Assembly: GCF_006345805.1 (NCBI RefSeq)
Contig: NW_021834279.1
Coordinates: forward strand, 1 to 50,240
Source: Octopus sinensis
Taxonomy: Eukaryota
Reading direction: 5' to 3'
DNA length: 50,240 nt
Shown here: positions 12,972 through 25,345 of the stretch, in pieces
How positions within the stretch are numbered: position 1 is the stretch's first letter
Layout of the letters: every line of letters begins with the position of its first letter
Position numbers and translations under genes: made by a program
The notes under the pieces: generated by a model
Told to the model about the DNA's origin: nothing
The model's database searches: none
Seen by the model: only the letters and a program-made list of their open reading frames with translations

Positions 12972-13301
12972 AAAGGAAATGAAGAAAATGCTGACAAAAT
13001 AATTTAAGTAAGGGAGAGTGTATTTAATTAGGTGAAAGTTCTTTTTACCGGTTGCGCATTTGTTATGCTTATCAAAAGATATTTTTTAAGAGAGATAGAG
13101 TTCCTTTCTGATAGATTTTTTTCTCTTATCTGAGAAAAAAATCTATAAGAGAAAAAAATCTATCAGAAAGGAACTCTATCTCTCTTAAGAAATATCTTTT
13201 GAGAAGCATAACAAATGCGCAACCGGTAAAAAGAACTTTCACCTAATTAAATACACTCTCCCTTACTTAAATTATTTTGTCAGCATTTTCTTCATTTCCT
13301 T

Positions 13302-13302
<1 letters not shown>
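12972..13302. repeat. Near-perfect inverted repeat, 158-bp arms with 15-bp spacer
   Basis: 12972-13129 is the reverse complement of 13145-13302 with 2 mismatches. Confidence 0.95.
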
Positions 13303-13333
<31 letters not shown>

Positions 13334-14952
13334 TATAAATATATGATCGTGGGTGTGATTTGAGTGGCATTTAACTCTCTCATATGTAAGGAAGCCAAGA
13401 AGAGAAATAATTTTGTTCTTCCTCTCTGTCACTTCTACAACTTAGTAACTTACTCATATCTGTTTTGACATTAGTTCCACCAACCTCACCTTCTTACCGT
13501 TTTTTGTCTCTTTTTCTTCTTTTATTTTCCTCTTGGAAACTTGGTTTGTATCGTTTTTGTCCTATTAAGACCCAGATCAGCTCTGACTGAGCAGTCCGTT
13601 GATCAAATGTATTCCGGCAGTGAATAATCTTGTCTTTCTCCTATATGCTGCGAAATCAGTGTTGCATTATCTAACGTGTTAATTCCTAAGACCCTGCGGG
13701 TGAGTCAAGGGTGATTTGTCAAACATTTCTTACAGTTCGACAGTGTAGTCGTTCTTTCAGTATTGTATGTAGATTCTGGTGTTGCCTGTAGTAAACATAG
13801 GCAAGCTGGTATCAGTCATTTAATGACATTTCATATTTCTTTATAATTATCTTTATCTGTGATGAAGTTTACGCACAACAGGATTTGCTATGGAAAAGTA
13901 GGTCAAGCATATAGGGATAGTCTAATTCATGAATGATTTACCGTATTATTTATACAATAGTGCCGTTCTTCGATTCTGATGGCCAAATTTAATTAAGTGT
14001 TCCAAATATATATTTGTGCATCGATTTCCTAATTACAGCTAAAGGAATGCATACGCTGGAAAATAAAGATCTGATTTTGCTTCGATTACGATACTAGTTA
14101 TTTCAAACATTTAATCGTCGGTGACGAGTAGAGTAATGTTGACGAATAAAATAATCAGTTTGTTATTAACTCTACTTTGACTTAGTAATACGACAAAGCA
14201 TTAACTTTAGACATGAATCAATTATTTCCTAGCTTTAATTTTGAGATCAACGAGACGACTACATTAATAAACTAAGTCCGCGACCGATTTCCTGTCAGAC
14301 TCGCTTCACTTGTGTAACTAATGCTCATGAAAAAAGATATGAACACCATAACATCGTTTTATTTCTTCCAGTTTAGATATTCTTATTGTTATTTATGTTA
14401 TTATTTTTATCTTTTCTAATATATTTTCCTCTTCATGTAAATCCAAGTATAAATTATTTCACAATTTTGATCGATTCACGGATAAAAAAAAATGTAAGAT
14501 ATTTATTTTTGTTACATTGACAATTGACGTGTTTTACTTTCAACAGAATTAAACATGGTGGGGATACAAATAGAGAGCTGCGTGTGGCGTTCATTTACTT
14601 TCACACACGTTCTATTTTTGGTTGATTTCACGGCACCGCCTCGGAGCCAACGAAGAATTCTTTTCGTTGTCATTCGATATGCAAACAATACCAGCCAAAT
14701 CTTTCTCACATATAACTCTACTGTCTTAAAAATAAGGAAGACAAGTTGGGCAATGTAGTCCTAGTTATAGAAAAGACAGATTGGTCACGGCTGAGTTGCT
14801 TTGGTAATAGGTTTATTTGATCAGGGTTGATCTGGAATAAACTAACAACAAGAAAAACCTTAGCTTATTTTTAATTCAAAGCTTAAAATACATAAACAAG
14901 AAATCTATATACAAGAAATAAAATATTGTACTGAGTTTGAATTTATACACAT

Positions 14953-15010
<58 letters not shown>

Positions 15011-16064
15011 ACACACACACACAACACACACACACACGCAAACGCATACACGTATTCGGTGGTATAAGCAGTTTAATAAGTTTAATCAATTTCGTTCGGT
15101 TGATAGATCGATTATTAATCGTAAGTATTGATTTTGGTCAGCGATAGTGCAGGGGAAAAACCATTATACTGTGAATATGCTTCCGCTGTAAATTTCCTGT
15201 TGTATCCCATGTCTTGTTTTTGTATCACTAATGTTATTGAGAAATGCACGAGTGTAACAACAATCGGTCCACTTTGTTTGGAAAACAAGCGTTGATAGGA
15301 CTACACAACAAACTACAGTTAATCGATGGTGTGGGATAAACGCTTGTGCAAACTACTCAGTATGTCAGTTCCTGATATTCTTAGCATGCTTTCCATTCTG
15401 AGTATGCATGTGTCTATAAATGCTCATAATGTGCTGATCATACGGTCGAACGTTACACGGCCGAATACAAGATATTTAAATTTTTGGTGATTGAAAAGTC
15501 AGAAATCCGAAGGATGAGAGATTATTTCGAGCATTCATACTTTCGGTATATTTGAAATATTTTAGCCGGAAAATAAACAGAAAATGATTCTAAAAGACAT
15601 GAATTTTTAGTTTTACAAGAGGGATTGTTTAAATAGGTTGAATACTTCCTATTTCCTTAAGACGTACATTTTTCCACTGCAAGCATGCAGCTAAGTGTAG
15701 AGAGAAAGAAGTCCTACAAAGCCGAATTATTTGGTAGGAAAGATTTCTTGTACATTTTGCAGGCGTTTCAACGACGCCTACATCATTGGAGCATTTGCAT
15801 TTGCATTTGAAGAATGGCTGTGCTTAGCAAATCTTTCAGTTTATGTTATCGCCTTTAAATTAAGTGAATTTTTGTTTCTGCAACACCAACGATAATTATT
15901 TTTCACACGCTTGTCTTTCAAGATAAAAAAGCCTCATACGTTGAAATTATATTCTGCGAAAGAACAATTTTCCAAAATATTTACTACGCTGGTGTCAAGA
16001 ATATTTTCACATATTTCTTCAATTCGAGTAGTAATAATTCTTTCTACACGAGTTTTGAGGATAG

Positions 16065-16239
16065 GGCACTAGCCGATTAAATTGGCCGCAGTTTTTCACT
16101 GGAACTTAATTTCTCGGACCCCGATAGGATGAAAGGCCAAGTCGACCTCAGCAGAATTTGAACTCACCACATGAAAACGGAGGAAATACCGTTAAGCATC
16201 TCACCCGGCGTGCTAACGGTTCTGCCAGCTCACCGCCTT
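16065..16239 (-). mobile_element. SINE family B (diverged)
   Basis: ggatgaaaggccaagtcgacctc...tgctaacggttctgccagctcaccgcctt. Confidence 0.8.
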
Positions 16240-16424
16240 TGTTCTAGTAATAATAATTCAAGGTAATACTCAAGGCAAAATGGTTAATAGGGGGGAAAGC
16301 GTTGTCAATTGGGGGTAGGCACAAACACACATGCACATGGATATATACATGAATATATAGATATATCTATTCATATTCATATATATGAGTGTGTATGTGT
16401 TTGTGTGTGTGTGTGTGTGTGTGC

Positions 16425-16462
<38 letters not shown>

Positions 16463-16711
16463 TTTCGGAGCGAATCGTTTTCTATACGGCGCCGAGTTTA
16501 CAATCCTGTAAATAATGATAATGGTATTTTTTATATAGTCTTAAAGTTTATGGCGATCACCGTTCAATGACTAAAGAAAATAGTCTAATAAAGGGACGTA
16601 CAAGCCCTCGACAGAAAAAAGAAGCCTTTCCTATTCGCATGGAAGTCAAATTTACGCACACATGACGGGATATTTTCAGTTCACCTCTATCACAACCATC
16701 CAAAAGGCTTA

Positions 16712-16826
16712 GGGTGGCTCGGAGATATAGCAGAAACACTCGCCCAATTTATCAAGCAGTAGTACTGGATCCAGAAGCATGTGATTGTGAAGCCGGCATT
16801 TTACCACCCAATCACATCTACACCTA
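16712..16826 (-). mobile_element. Degraded SINE family A head
   Basis: Decayed reverse complement of the family A 5' region. Confidence 0.45.
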
Positions 16827-16856
16827 TATATATACTTCTATATTTAGGGATGGTCA

Positions 16857-16887
<31 letters not shown>

Positions 16888-16953
16888 CGCGTGTGTGGTG
16901 TGTGTTTGTGTGTATGTGTATCTATTTACCATATAGTCACATCTACGCCTGTA

Positions 16954-17020
<67 letters not shown>

Positions 17021-17084
17021 AGAGAGAGAGAGAGGGAGAGAGAGTTGAAATTTACAGAAAATCCAAAGACGAAGACAGGTGTAT

Positions 17085-17460
17085 AAGCAACAAACAGGTG
17101 TATTTAAGCATTTATCTGATCAAATTGATTCTATGGTTGCGGAACTGTTCCCGGAAGGAAACGCAATCTTTCAGAATGGTAATGCACCAATTCAAACAGA
17201 TCTCAATATTATTGAACATTTATAGAGCATTTTAGAAAAACAAGTAAGGAGTCGATATTCTCAACTATCATCACTACAAGAACTGGAGACTCTTTTTGCT
17301 GAGGAATGGACAAAAATTCATTTAGAAACAATTCAAACTTTGTACGAGTCCATACGTCGTATAATTCAAGCTGTAATTACTGCCAAAAGCGGTCTTACTC
17401 CATATTAAAATAAATTTGATGGAAATTTTAAGGTGTTTCCATTATTTTCTCCAACTCCCG
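17085..17460 (+). mobile_element. Tc1-like DNA transposon, 3' remnant with internal deletion
   Basis: Translation LSDQIDSMVAELFPEGNAIFQNGNAPIQT/DLNIIEHL*SILEKQV...EEWTKI...YESIRR..QAVITAKSGLTPY* matches the DD34E C-terminus. Right TIR-like end (ccattattttctccaactcccg) is followed by TA. Confidence 0.85.
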
Positions 17461-17694
17461 TATAAAATCTGTTATACAATGCTTACCATACATTTACTGG
17501 CGTTTCATATTAAATAGACGTCAGAAACACTCGAAAGCTATATATATGCCTTTAGTAAGTTACTGAACGGACTTCATTTCTTGATTAAAGGAAGGAAACA
17601 TGTAGTTATTCAGTTCCATTTCCAAACTGATGTTACTTGTTAGTTCTGTCTTGCGACAACAAAAGGATATATAGAAACAGAATGACCATATATT

Positions 17695-18083
17695 TTTTCT
17701 ATTCTAGGAAAAAGTCCCGGAACTTTTGGGGAGGGTCCTGTCGATTAGATCGACCCTAGTACGCAACTAGTACTTAATTTAACGTACCCGAAAGGATGAA
17801 AGGCAAAGTCGATCTCGGCGTAATTTGAACGTAAAGACAGACGAAATACTTATTTCATTACTACCCACAAGGGGCTAAACACAGAAGGGACAAACAAGGA
17901 CAGACAAACGGATTAAGTCGATTATATCGACCCCAGTACGTAACTGGTACTTAATTTATTGACCCCGAAAGGATGAAAGGCAAAGTCGACCTCGGCGGAA
18001 TTTGAACTCAGAACGTAACGGCAGACGAAATACTGCTAAGCATTTAGACCGGCGTGCTAACATTTCTGGCAGCTCGCCGCCTT
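17695..18083 (-). mobile_element. Composite (dimeric or nested) SINE family B with 16-bp TSD
   Basis: One head and two central domains with different tails. agaatgaccatatatt flanks the whole unit at 17679-17694 and 18084-18099. Confidence 0.85.
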
Positions 18084-18789
18084 AGAATGACCATATATTA
18101 CAACGGATAAGGGTTAGTAAGAGTACTTTAGCTTTTTTGTGTTAGCATTAATACATTATATTAGTATCAAACGCTAAAATATGGGAAAAATAAAGCAGCT
18201 CAAATTTGTTTTGGAGAATTTACCGCAAAATTTGCACGTAACCAAGTGAAAGTATAAATATTAAAGAACGATATTGATAATCGTGTAAAGATATAAATAC
18301 ATTCAAATATGCTAAAATTAAAGAAAATAATGTGAAACAACTGAAAAATATGTAGTTTCTTTTTTTTTATTTTTACTAAAATGTCGTTTGTATTTTAAAC
18401 GGTTTTGGTAAAAAATAAAACTCAACAAAGAAGGCCAGGCTTTGCTTTGGGAACTTCAAAGCATAATTTGAGAAGAAGATTTTTAAAATCAAGCTGTTGT
18501 CCTTTTAATTTCCTTTGAAGAAAGACTTGTGTTCTGAAAATAATATTTCCTGCTGTTCAATAACTTGTTGGAAGAATCCTAAAATGTGCGTGGACAAAAA
18601 AATCCAGTTGTTGTCTGAAGGGGTTTAAAGTAAAATTTAGAGAAAATAACAATAATTTATTTTTCAAAATATCAACAGAATAATCACCAATGCTGTAAAA
18701 GTTACGTTAACTTTGAATAGGTTTTCATTGAAACCCTAAAATACGAGTGAATAAAGTATTACAAGGCTTGTAAAATTATTATCTAAAAT

Positions 18790-19790
18790 AGACTAAGGAA
18801 GTGCTGGTTTATCTGAGAAAGAAGTTACAAACCAGATCGTAATCTGCGCAGAGTCCGAGGACCCCATGGTTATATCGAAGAGATCTGCAGAAGAATTACG
18901 GAACCAATAATTATTTTTCCTAACCGTTAGGTTAATTTTGATGTCCGACCGACAGTGGGATGCATGATTACTTGCGAAGATTAGGGATTTGTTTAATAGA
19001 ATAAGTGATATGAAGGTATTATGGTTTGAAGTATTGAACTGAAAGGAGTGCGAGATTTATTAGAGAGAAAGAGAGAGAGAGAGAATGGAACCAAGTGATG
19101 AGATCACCAGTACAGCTCCAATGGTGAAGCTTAAATTTACTTTTCACTAAGGGTATGATTCGGTCAGTTATGCATTTACTAAATTGAGCCAGGTCTGGTT
19201 TAGTGGAGTAACAAAACCTAATAGAAGGCTTCATGAAGAAGAAAGATTTATAGTTCTTCAGGGTAAAGGGGTAAGTTTAGAAGTATAAGGTTCCGTTCGA
19301 TCCAGTATTTCTAGTTCTGCGATCATCTTACAGTGAAAGTCGTTGATATCCTTAAGAACATGCAGATGAGCATGTCCATAATTTCCACTAAGTTCTCAAA
19401 TATAAAATTAGTATACATATCAGTCGTAAGGGTGTACAAGTTCCCGATTTTGTCCCCCAAAAGCACGTAGATGTGAAGAATTTGTTATCCTAGAGATAAT
19501 CCTGGTGAGGTTCTTTTGGAATGAGTTCGTTTTATAAATAAGAGAATTTAATATTTCTAATCATTTCGAGATCTTTGTCGAAGTTAGTCAGTGCAGGTAG
19601 ATTTTTATAAATTTTTAAGTTATAGTAGTCCTTATCCTTTGAGGAGTGAGAGGTATTAGATTTGTTGTCTAGCAGAGGGCTCTCCATCTAATCCGTGTAG
19701 TAAAGTCGTTAGTCTTCTGCAATAATAGTTCCATTTAAAGACCTCTGGGTGGAAATAAAATATTTTTAGTTGAGGTGCCTAAAAATTGTA
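18790..19790 (-). mobile_element. Decayed Penelope-like element, N-terminal and RT region
   Basis: Minus strand: QKTNDFTTRIRWRAL...TLKNYKS..MKPSIRFCYSTKPDLAQFSKCITDRII...LFDITMGSSDSAQI, matching the PLE RT motifs TLKDHK, INPAKSE and FDVTMGSYDGAE. Confidence 0.75.
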
Positions 19791-20420
19791 TATCCATATT
19801 AAGTGTAATTTATAAGTAGCCCTCAGTCGTACAGGGGGCATACAGACAAAAGACGAGTGCTAGACATGCTTAGTATACAAAACACGTAGTGGTACTCAAA
19901 TGAATTAACCTTATCCAAACCCCTCTCCCTTTCATCTATTTTACCTCCGTTCATTCCCGTTTGTCACAGAACCACCCCCCTTCGTCTCCTTGCCTTTCAT
20001 TTCTTCCTTTCTACCTCTATTTCACTTTCCTAAGCCTCTTATATCCTCCCTCTTTCTGCTTTTTCCTTTTATTCTTCCTCGTCTCTCCCCATTCAGCTTT
20101 TAAATCTTTGGCACTATAACATGAACTGCCTTTACCAACTTCTCTTGATGAAGGGAGCCGGACTAACAGTAATATCTCTCTCTGACTGTTTAGTGATATC
20201 ATTTCACACCCAAGACCTTTTGCACATTCCATCTGCAAATTATGAGTTTTACAATAATTACGTAAATCCGAGATTCATGAAATAGTTGTCGAGTTAAGAA
20301 ACTATCTTAGCATTCTGTGATTGTTATACTCGGAGTAAATATACTTTCATATATACATGCCTTTGTTATATATTATATTATTATATCCACATATATAAGA
20401 TAAAGACATGCATGCATACG

Positions 20421-20456
<36 letters not shown>

Positions 20457-20572
20457 ATATTATATATATAAGGTTCGTTTTTTCAAGAACCGAAACATGT
20501 AAAATTCATAAGAAAATTAAAATTTATCTAATAGTGGCGTTTTCAAACTTCTTTTTACAAATATATATATAT

Positions 20573-20655
<83 letters not shown>

Positions 20656-20749
20656 TATATATATATATATATACAAACACATATACATATGTACGTATGT
20701 ATGTATGTGATGTATGTATGTGTTTATCTTTCTAATATATCTTTACAAT

Positions 20750-20968
20750 AAAACGGCGAGCTAGCGAAATCGTTTGCTCGCCGGGCGAAATGTTTATCGG
20801 TATTTCGTCCGTATTCACATTCTAAGTTCAAATTCCACCGAGGTCAAATTGCCTGTAACACTTTCGCGGCCGATAAAATAAGTACCAACTGAGTGGTGCG
20901 TTCGATGTAATCGACTTGCACCCACCCCCGAAATTGCTGGCCTTGTGCCAAATTTTGAAGTCAATATC
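20750..20968 (+). mobile_element. SINE family B, tail subtype gaaattgctggccttgtgcc (copy 1)
   Basis: Head aacggcgagctagc... and central ccgaggtc...aagtacc. Duplicated at +537. Confidence 0.75.
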
Positions 20969-21146
20969 TATTTTGTTCCCCCTTCATTCCTTTCTTTTGC
21001 ACTTTCCTCTGTCTCCTGTTTCTGAAGAGCTTTGCTCAAAATCTAAAGCATCCTTTCTTTCCTTCACTGAGCGTCTTGTTAATACTTTGTATGTACCACT
21101 TCCTTGCGTTCTTGTTTTTTTCTTGTCTTTTTTCTCCGTTTTCTTA

Positions 21147-21204
<58 letters not shown>

Positions 21205-21286
21205 TATATATATACACATATACATATGTACGTATGTATGTATGTGATGTATGTTTGTGTTTATCTTTCTAATATATCTTTACAAT

Positions 21287-21505
21287 AAAACGGCGAGCTA
21301 GCGAAATCGTTTGCTCGCCGGGCGAAATGTTTATCGGTATTTCGTCCGTATTCACATTCTAAGTTCAAATTCCACCGAGGTCAAATTGCCTGTAACACTT
21401 TCGCGGCCGATAAAATAAGTACCAACTGAGTGGTGCGTTCGATGTAATCGACTTGCACCCACCCCCGAAATTGCTGGCCTTGTGCCAATTTTGAAGTCAA
21501 TATCT
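21287..21505 (+). mobile_element. SINE family B (copy 2 of the tandem duplication)
   Basis: Near-identical to 20750-20968. Confidence 0.75.
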
Positions 21506-21837
21506 ATTTTGTTCCCCCTTCATTCCTTTCTTTTGCACTTTCCTCTGTCTCCTGTTTCTGAAGAGCTTTGCTCAAAATCTAAGCATCCTTCTTTCCTTCA
21601 CTGAGCGTCTTGTTAATACTTTGTATGTACCACTTCCTTGCGTTCTTGTTTTTTTCTTGTCTTTTTTCTCCGTTTTCTTATTAATTATATGTATATATAT
21701 ATATATAATGCTAACAAGCATTCGTGAAGTAAAATCACGTAGCAACACCAAATGGCGGTGCCCCAGCATGGCCACAGCTTGTGAGCTGAAACTAGATAAA
21801 AATTAAAAATAAATTAAAATAAATATATATATATATA

Positions 21838-22220
21838 GGCACAGGAGTGGCTGTGGTAAGTAGCTTGCTTACCAACCACATGGTTCCGGGTTCAGTCCCA
21901 CTGCGTGGCACCTTGGGCAAGTGTCTTCTACTATAGCCTCGGGCCGACCAAAGCCTTGTGAGCGGATTTGTAAGACGGAAACTGAAAGAAGCCCGTCATA
22001 TATATGTATATATATTATGTGTGTCTGTGTTTGTCCCCCTAGCATTGCTTGACAACCGATACTGGTGTGTTTACGTCCACGTCACTTAACGGTTCGGCAA
22101 AAGAGACCGATAGAATAAGCACTGGGCTTACAAAGAATAAGTCCCGGGGTCGATTTGCTCGACTAAAGGCGGTGCTCCACCATGGCCGCAGTCAAATGGC
22201 TGAAACAAGTAAAAGAGAGA
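21838..22220 (+). mobile_element. SINE family A, full length
   Basis: High identity to the other family A copies. Confidence 0.9.
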
Positions 22221-22226
22221 AAAAAA

Positions 22227-22362
<136 letters not shown>

Positions 22363-22794
22363 GTATGTAAATATATCAAGCTTCATTGCATTTATCTATA
22401 TATAAACGTGAGTATGCATTTATATTTGAAATATTTATCTGGCTGTCATCACTGTTATTATCCTTTGATCAATCATGCGAGAGGTCTCACCCCATCATCA
22501 TATTTGTCTTCCGTTGCCAACAGGAGATATCATAATTCACTGGAAACATTCTACTGAAGAAACACCGATGAATATGAGACCACTTGACAAGCTATGAAGA
22601 TAATGCCGACAAAAATACTATAGTCTGAGTTGCTAAACGTTCACAACGAATTAGAGATACCTACAGATGTGTATATATGTATGCACACATCTTTATACAT
22701 ACATACACCTCACGACATATATTCATATTGTGAATATATCTATGCACAGTTATAATTAATCCTGATTAAACGCAGACGACATTGTGTATGTGTG

Positions 22795-22830
<36 letters not shown>

Positions 22831-23073
22831 AATATATATGTGTGTGTGTGTGTGTGTGTGTTGTGTATGTATGCAGACATATATACATATATATATATAT
22901 ACGCATATATAACATATATATACTCACCGGTATATATTTCTGTATATGTATGAATATATATATATATATTTATATTCACACACACATGCGCACACACAGA
23001 TATACGTATATACTTGTTTTAGTTATTGGACAGCTTCCATGCGGGCGCATAGCATCTACATGGATACACATAT

Positions 23074-23116
<43 letters not shown>

Positions 23117-23429
23117 TGTGGTGTGTGTGTGTGTGTACATGTGTATACATATGCATATACATATATAAAAATAAATATGTATGTATGAAAGTAAATATTG
23201 TCAGGTCGCTCGTTTTTGAGCGTTACTGGTAGGATGTAACCCACTAGAACCTGTTGTATGATTTGGTCCTCGACAGCTAAGCAAATAACCCCCATCAAGC
23301 TTGCTTGGATGACTTCTGGACACTCTGCTGTTGAAAATCCGAATCCATTATAGGGCAGAGAAACTCATGAGAGTCAACTGGCATCTAGCATTAAGTACAT
23401 ATTGTTTTACATTTTACTTTTTTAAATAA

Positions 23430-23470
<41 letters not shown>

Positions 23471-23702
23471 TATATATATATATATTATAATATATATATA
23501 TATATATTATATATATATAACAATTTAGGAGTACCCTAACAGGTCATTCGTCCACCAGAAGAGCAGCATAACTCACACCGCCAAGTAGTAGTAATTCAGA
23601 AAATAGGTGAAAATTTAAAAACATTTACCCTAATTCATCTTTTAGACGTTGCAACGTTTCCTTGTCGATACAGACGCCTCGTGTATATTTGTCTCTCCCA
23701 GG

Positions 23703-23802
23703 TTTTTTACTGATGAAGTGTAACCTATGGAGATTGGCTTAATTTAATTTAATAAGCTAATTTAATCATTAATGACACAGAAACGTTGCAACGTCTAAAA
23801 GA
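23703..23802 (+). ncRNA. Type I hammerhead ribozyme, unit 1
   Basis: Stem I tttttta/taaaaga, CUGAUGA, a-gtgt...acac-a with a long branched insert, GAAA, palindromic ACGTTGCAACGT stem III, GUC cleavage after 23795. Confidence 0.75.
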
Positions 23803-24172
23803 TGAATTAGGGTAAATGTTTTTAAATTTTCACCTATTTTCTGAATTACTACTACTTGGCGGTGTGAGTTATGGCTGCTCTTTCTGGTGGACGAATGACC
23901 TGTTAGGGTTACTCCTAAATTGTTATATTTATATATTAGTCGATGACTATTTTCTCTTTTCCACCAGGCCGCTGGTAGCGATAAATTTCTATTGAATTTT
24001 TTTGCTACCCTAAATTGACTAATTGATAATTTTCTGAATATTCTGAAATTGAATCGGCAGTTTATATTTACTGCTGATAAGTTTGGCGCGAATACGTCAG
24101 TCTTGAAAATTTTAAGACAGGTATTCCGTAGGCATCGATACAGACGCCTCGTTATATTTGTCTCTCCCAGGT

Positions 24173-24272
24173 TTTTTACTGATGAAGTGTAACCTATGGT
24201 AGATGGCTTAATTTAATTTAATTAAGCTAATTTAATCATTAATGACACAGAAACGTTGCAACGTCTAAAAGA
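24173..24272 (+). ncRNA. Type I hammerhead ribozyme, unit 2
   Basis: Same fold as unit 1, GUC cleavage after 24265. Confidence 0.75.
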
Positions 24273-24645
24273 TGAATTAGGGTAAATGTTTTTAAATTTT
24301 CACCTATTTTCTGAATTACTACTACTTGGCGGTGTGAGTTATGGCTGCTCTTTCTGGTGGACGAATGACCTGTTAGGGTTACTCCTAAATTGTTATATTT
24401 ATATATTTAGTCGATGACTATTTTCTCTTTTCCACCAGGCCGCTGGTAGCGATAAATTTCTATTGAATTTTTTTTGCTACCCTAAATTGACTAATTGATA
24501 ATTTTCTGAATAATTCTGAAATTGAATCGGCAGTTTATATTTACTGCTGATAAGTTTGGCGCGAATACGTCAGTCTTGAAAATTTTAAGACAGGTATTCC
24601 GTAGGCATCGATACAGACGCCTCGTGTATATTTGTCTCTCCCAGG

Positions 24646-24747
24646 TTTTTTACTGATGAAGTGTAACCTATGGTAGATTGGCTTAATTTAATTTAATTAA
24701 GCTAATTAATCATTAATGACACAAAAAACGTTGCAACGTCTAAAAGA
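24646..24747 (+). ncRNA. Hammerhead ribozyme, unit 3, probably inactive
   Basis: Same fold, but GAAA reads AAAA (catalytic G12 lost). This is either a mutation or a sequencing error. Confidence 0.5.
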
Positions 24748-24969
24748 TGAATTAGGGTAATGTTTTTAAATTTTCACCTATTTTCTGAATTACTACTACT
24801 TGGCGGTGTGAGTTATGGCTGCTCTTTCTGGTGGATGAATGACCTGTTAGGGTTACTCCTAAATTGTTATATTATATATTTAGTCGATGACTATTTTCTC
24901 TTTTCCACCAGGCCGCTGGTAGCGATAAATTTCTATTGAATTTTTTTTGCTACCCTAAATTGACTATAG

Positions 24970-25003
<34 letters not shown>

Positions 25004-25021
25004 TATTATATATATATATAT

Positions 25022-25333
25022 CACCGTGATCACCGTGACCGACCAGGCTAACAGATGTTGTTACACATCGCTGGTCACAATGCGTTTCGCATTGTTTTAG
25101 CCTTCAAATGACGCCACCCCGCTGGCCTGCTCGCTTAGCCAGCGAGCAGACAAGCAGAAGAAAGAGTGAGAGAAAGAGTACAGCAGGGCTCGCCACCACC
25201 TCCTGCCGGAGACACGTGGAGCTTTTAAGTGTTTGCGCTCAATAAACACTCACAACGCCCGGTCTGGGAATCGAAACCGCAATCCTACGACCGCGTGTCG
25301 GCTGCCCTAACCACTGGGCCATTGCGCCTCCAC
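25022..25333 (-). mobile_element. tRNA(Arg)-like SINE family C, alternative 3' tail
   Basis: Head is the reverse complement of that at 40642 and 46952. The 3' part differs and ends in (cacggtgat) repeats. Confidence 0.85.
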
Positions 25334-25345
25334 TATACACACACA

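Larger units (their letters stand above)
20679..21700. repeat. Tandem duplication, 537-bp period (about 1.9 copies)
   Basis: Same sequence at offset 537 with only a few single-base differences. The unit comprises a (TA)n edge, a SINE B and a PLE-type fragment. Confidence 0.9.
23514..24965 (+). mobile_element. Retrozyme-like / PLE-derived tandem array (~470-bp units, about 2.75 copies) with inverted partial copy
   Basis: CTGATGA at 23710, 24179 and 24653. 23514-23660 is the reverse complement of part of the unit. Both ends lie in (TA)n. Confidence 0.85.

Noticed and set aside
13340-16060. Repeat-poor stretch searched for exons or transposase remnants
   Set aside because: Only short unclassified repeat fragments and a (CA)n tract. 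No supportable coding signal by eye.
23665-24965. Tandem repeats as a CRISPR array or simple satellite
   Set aside because: Eukaryotic context and no repeat-spacer alternation. The units are whole duplicates containing a ribozyme.
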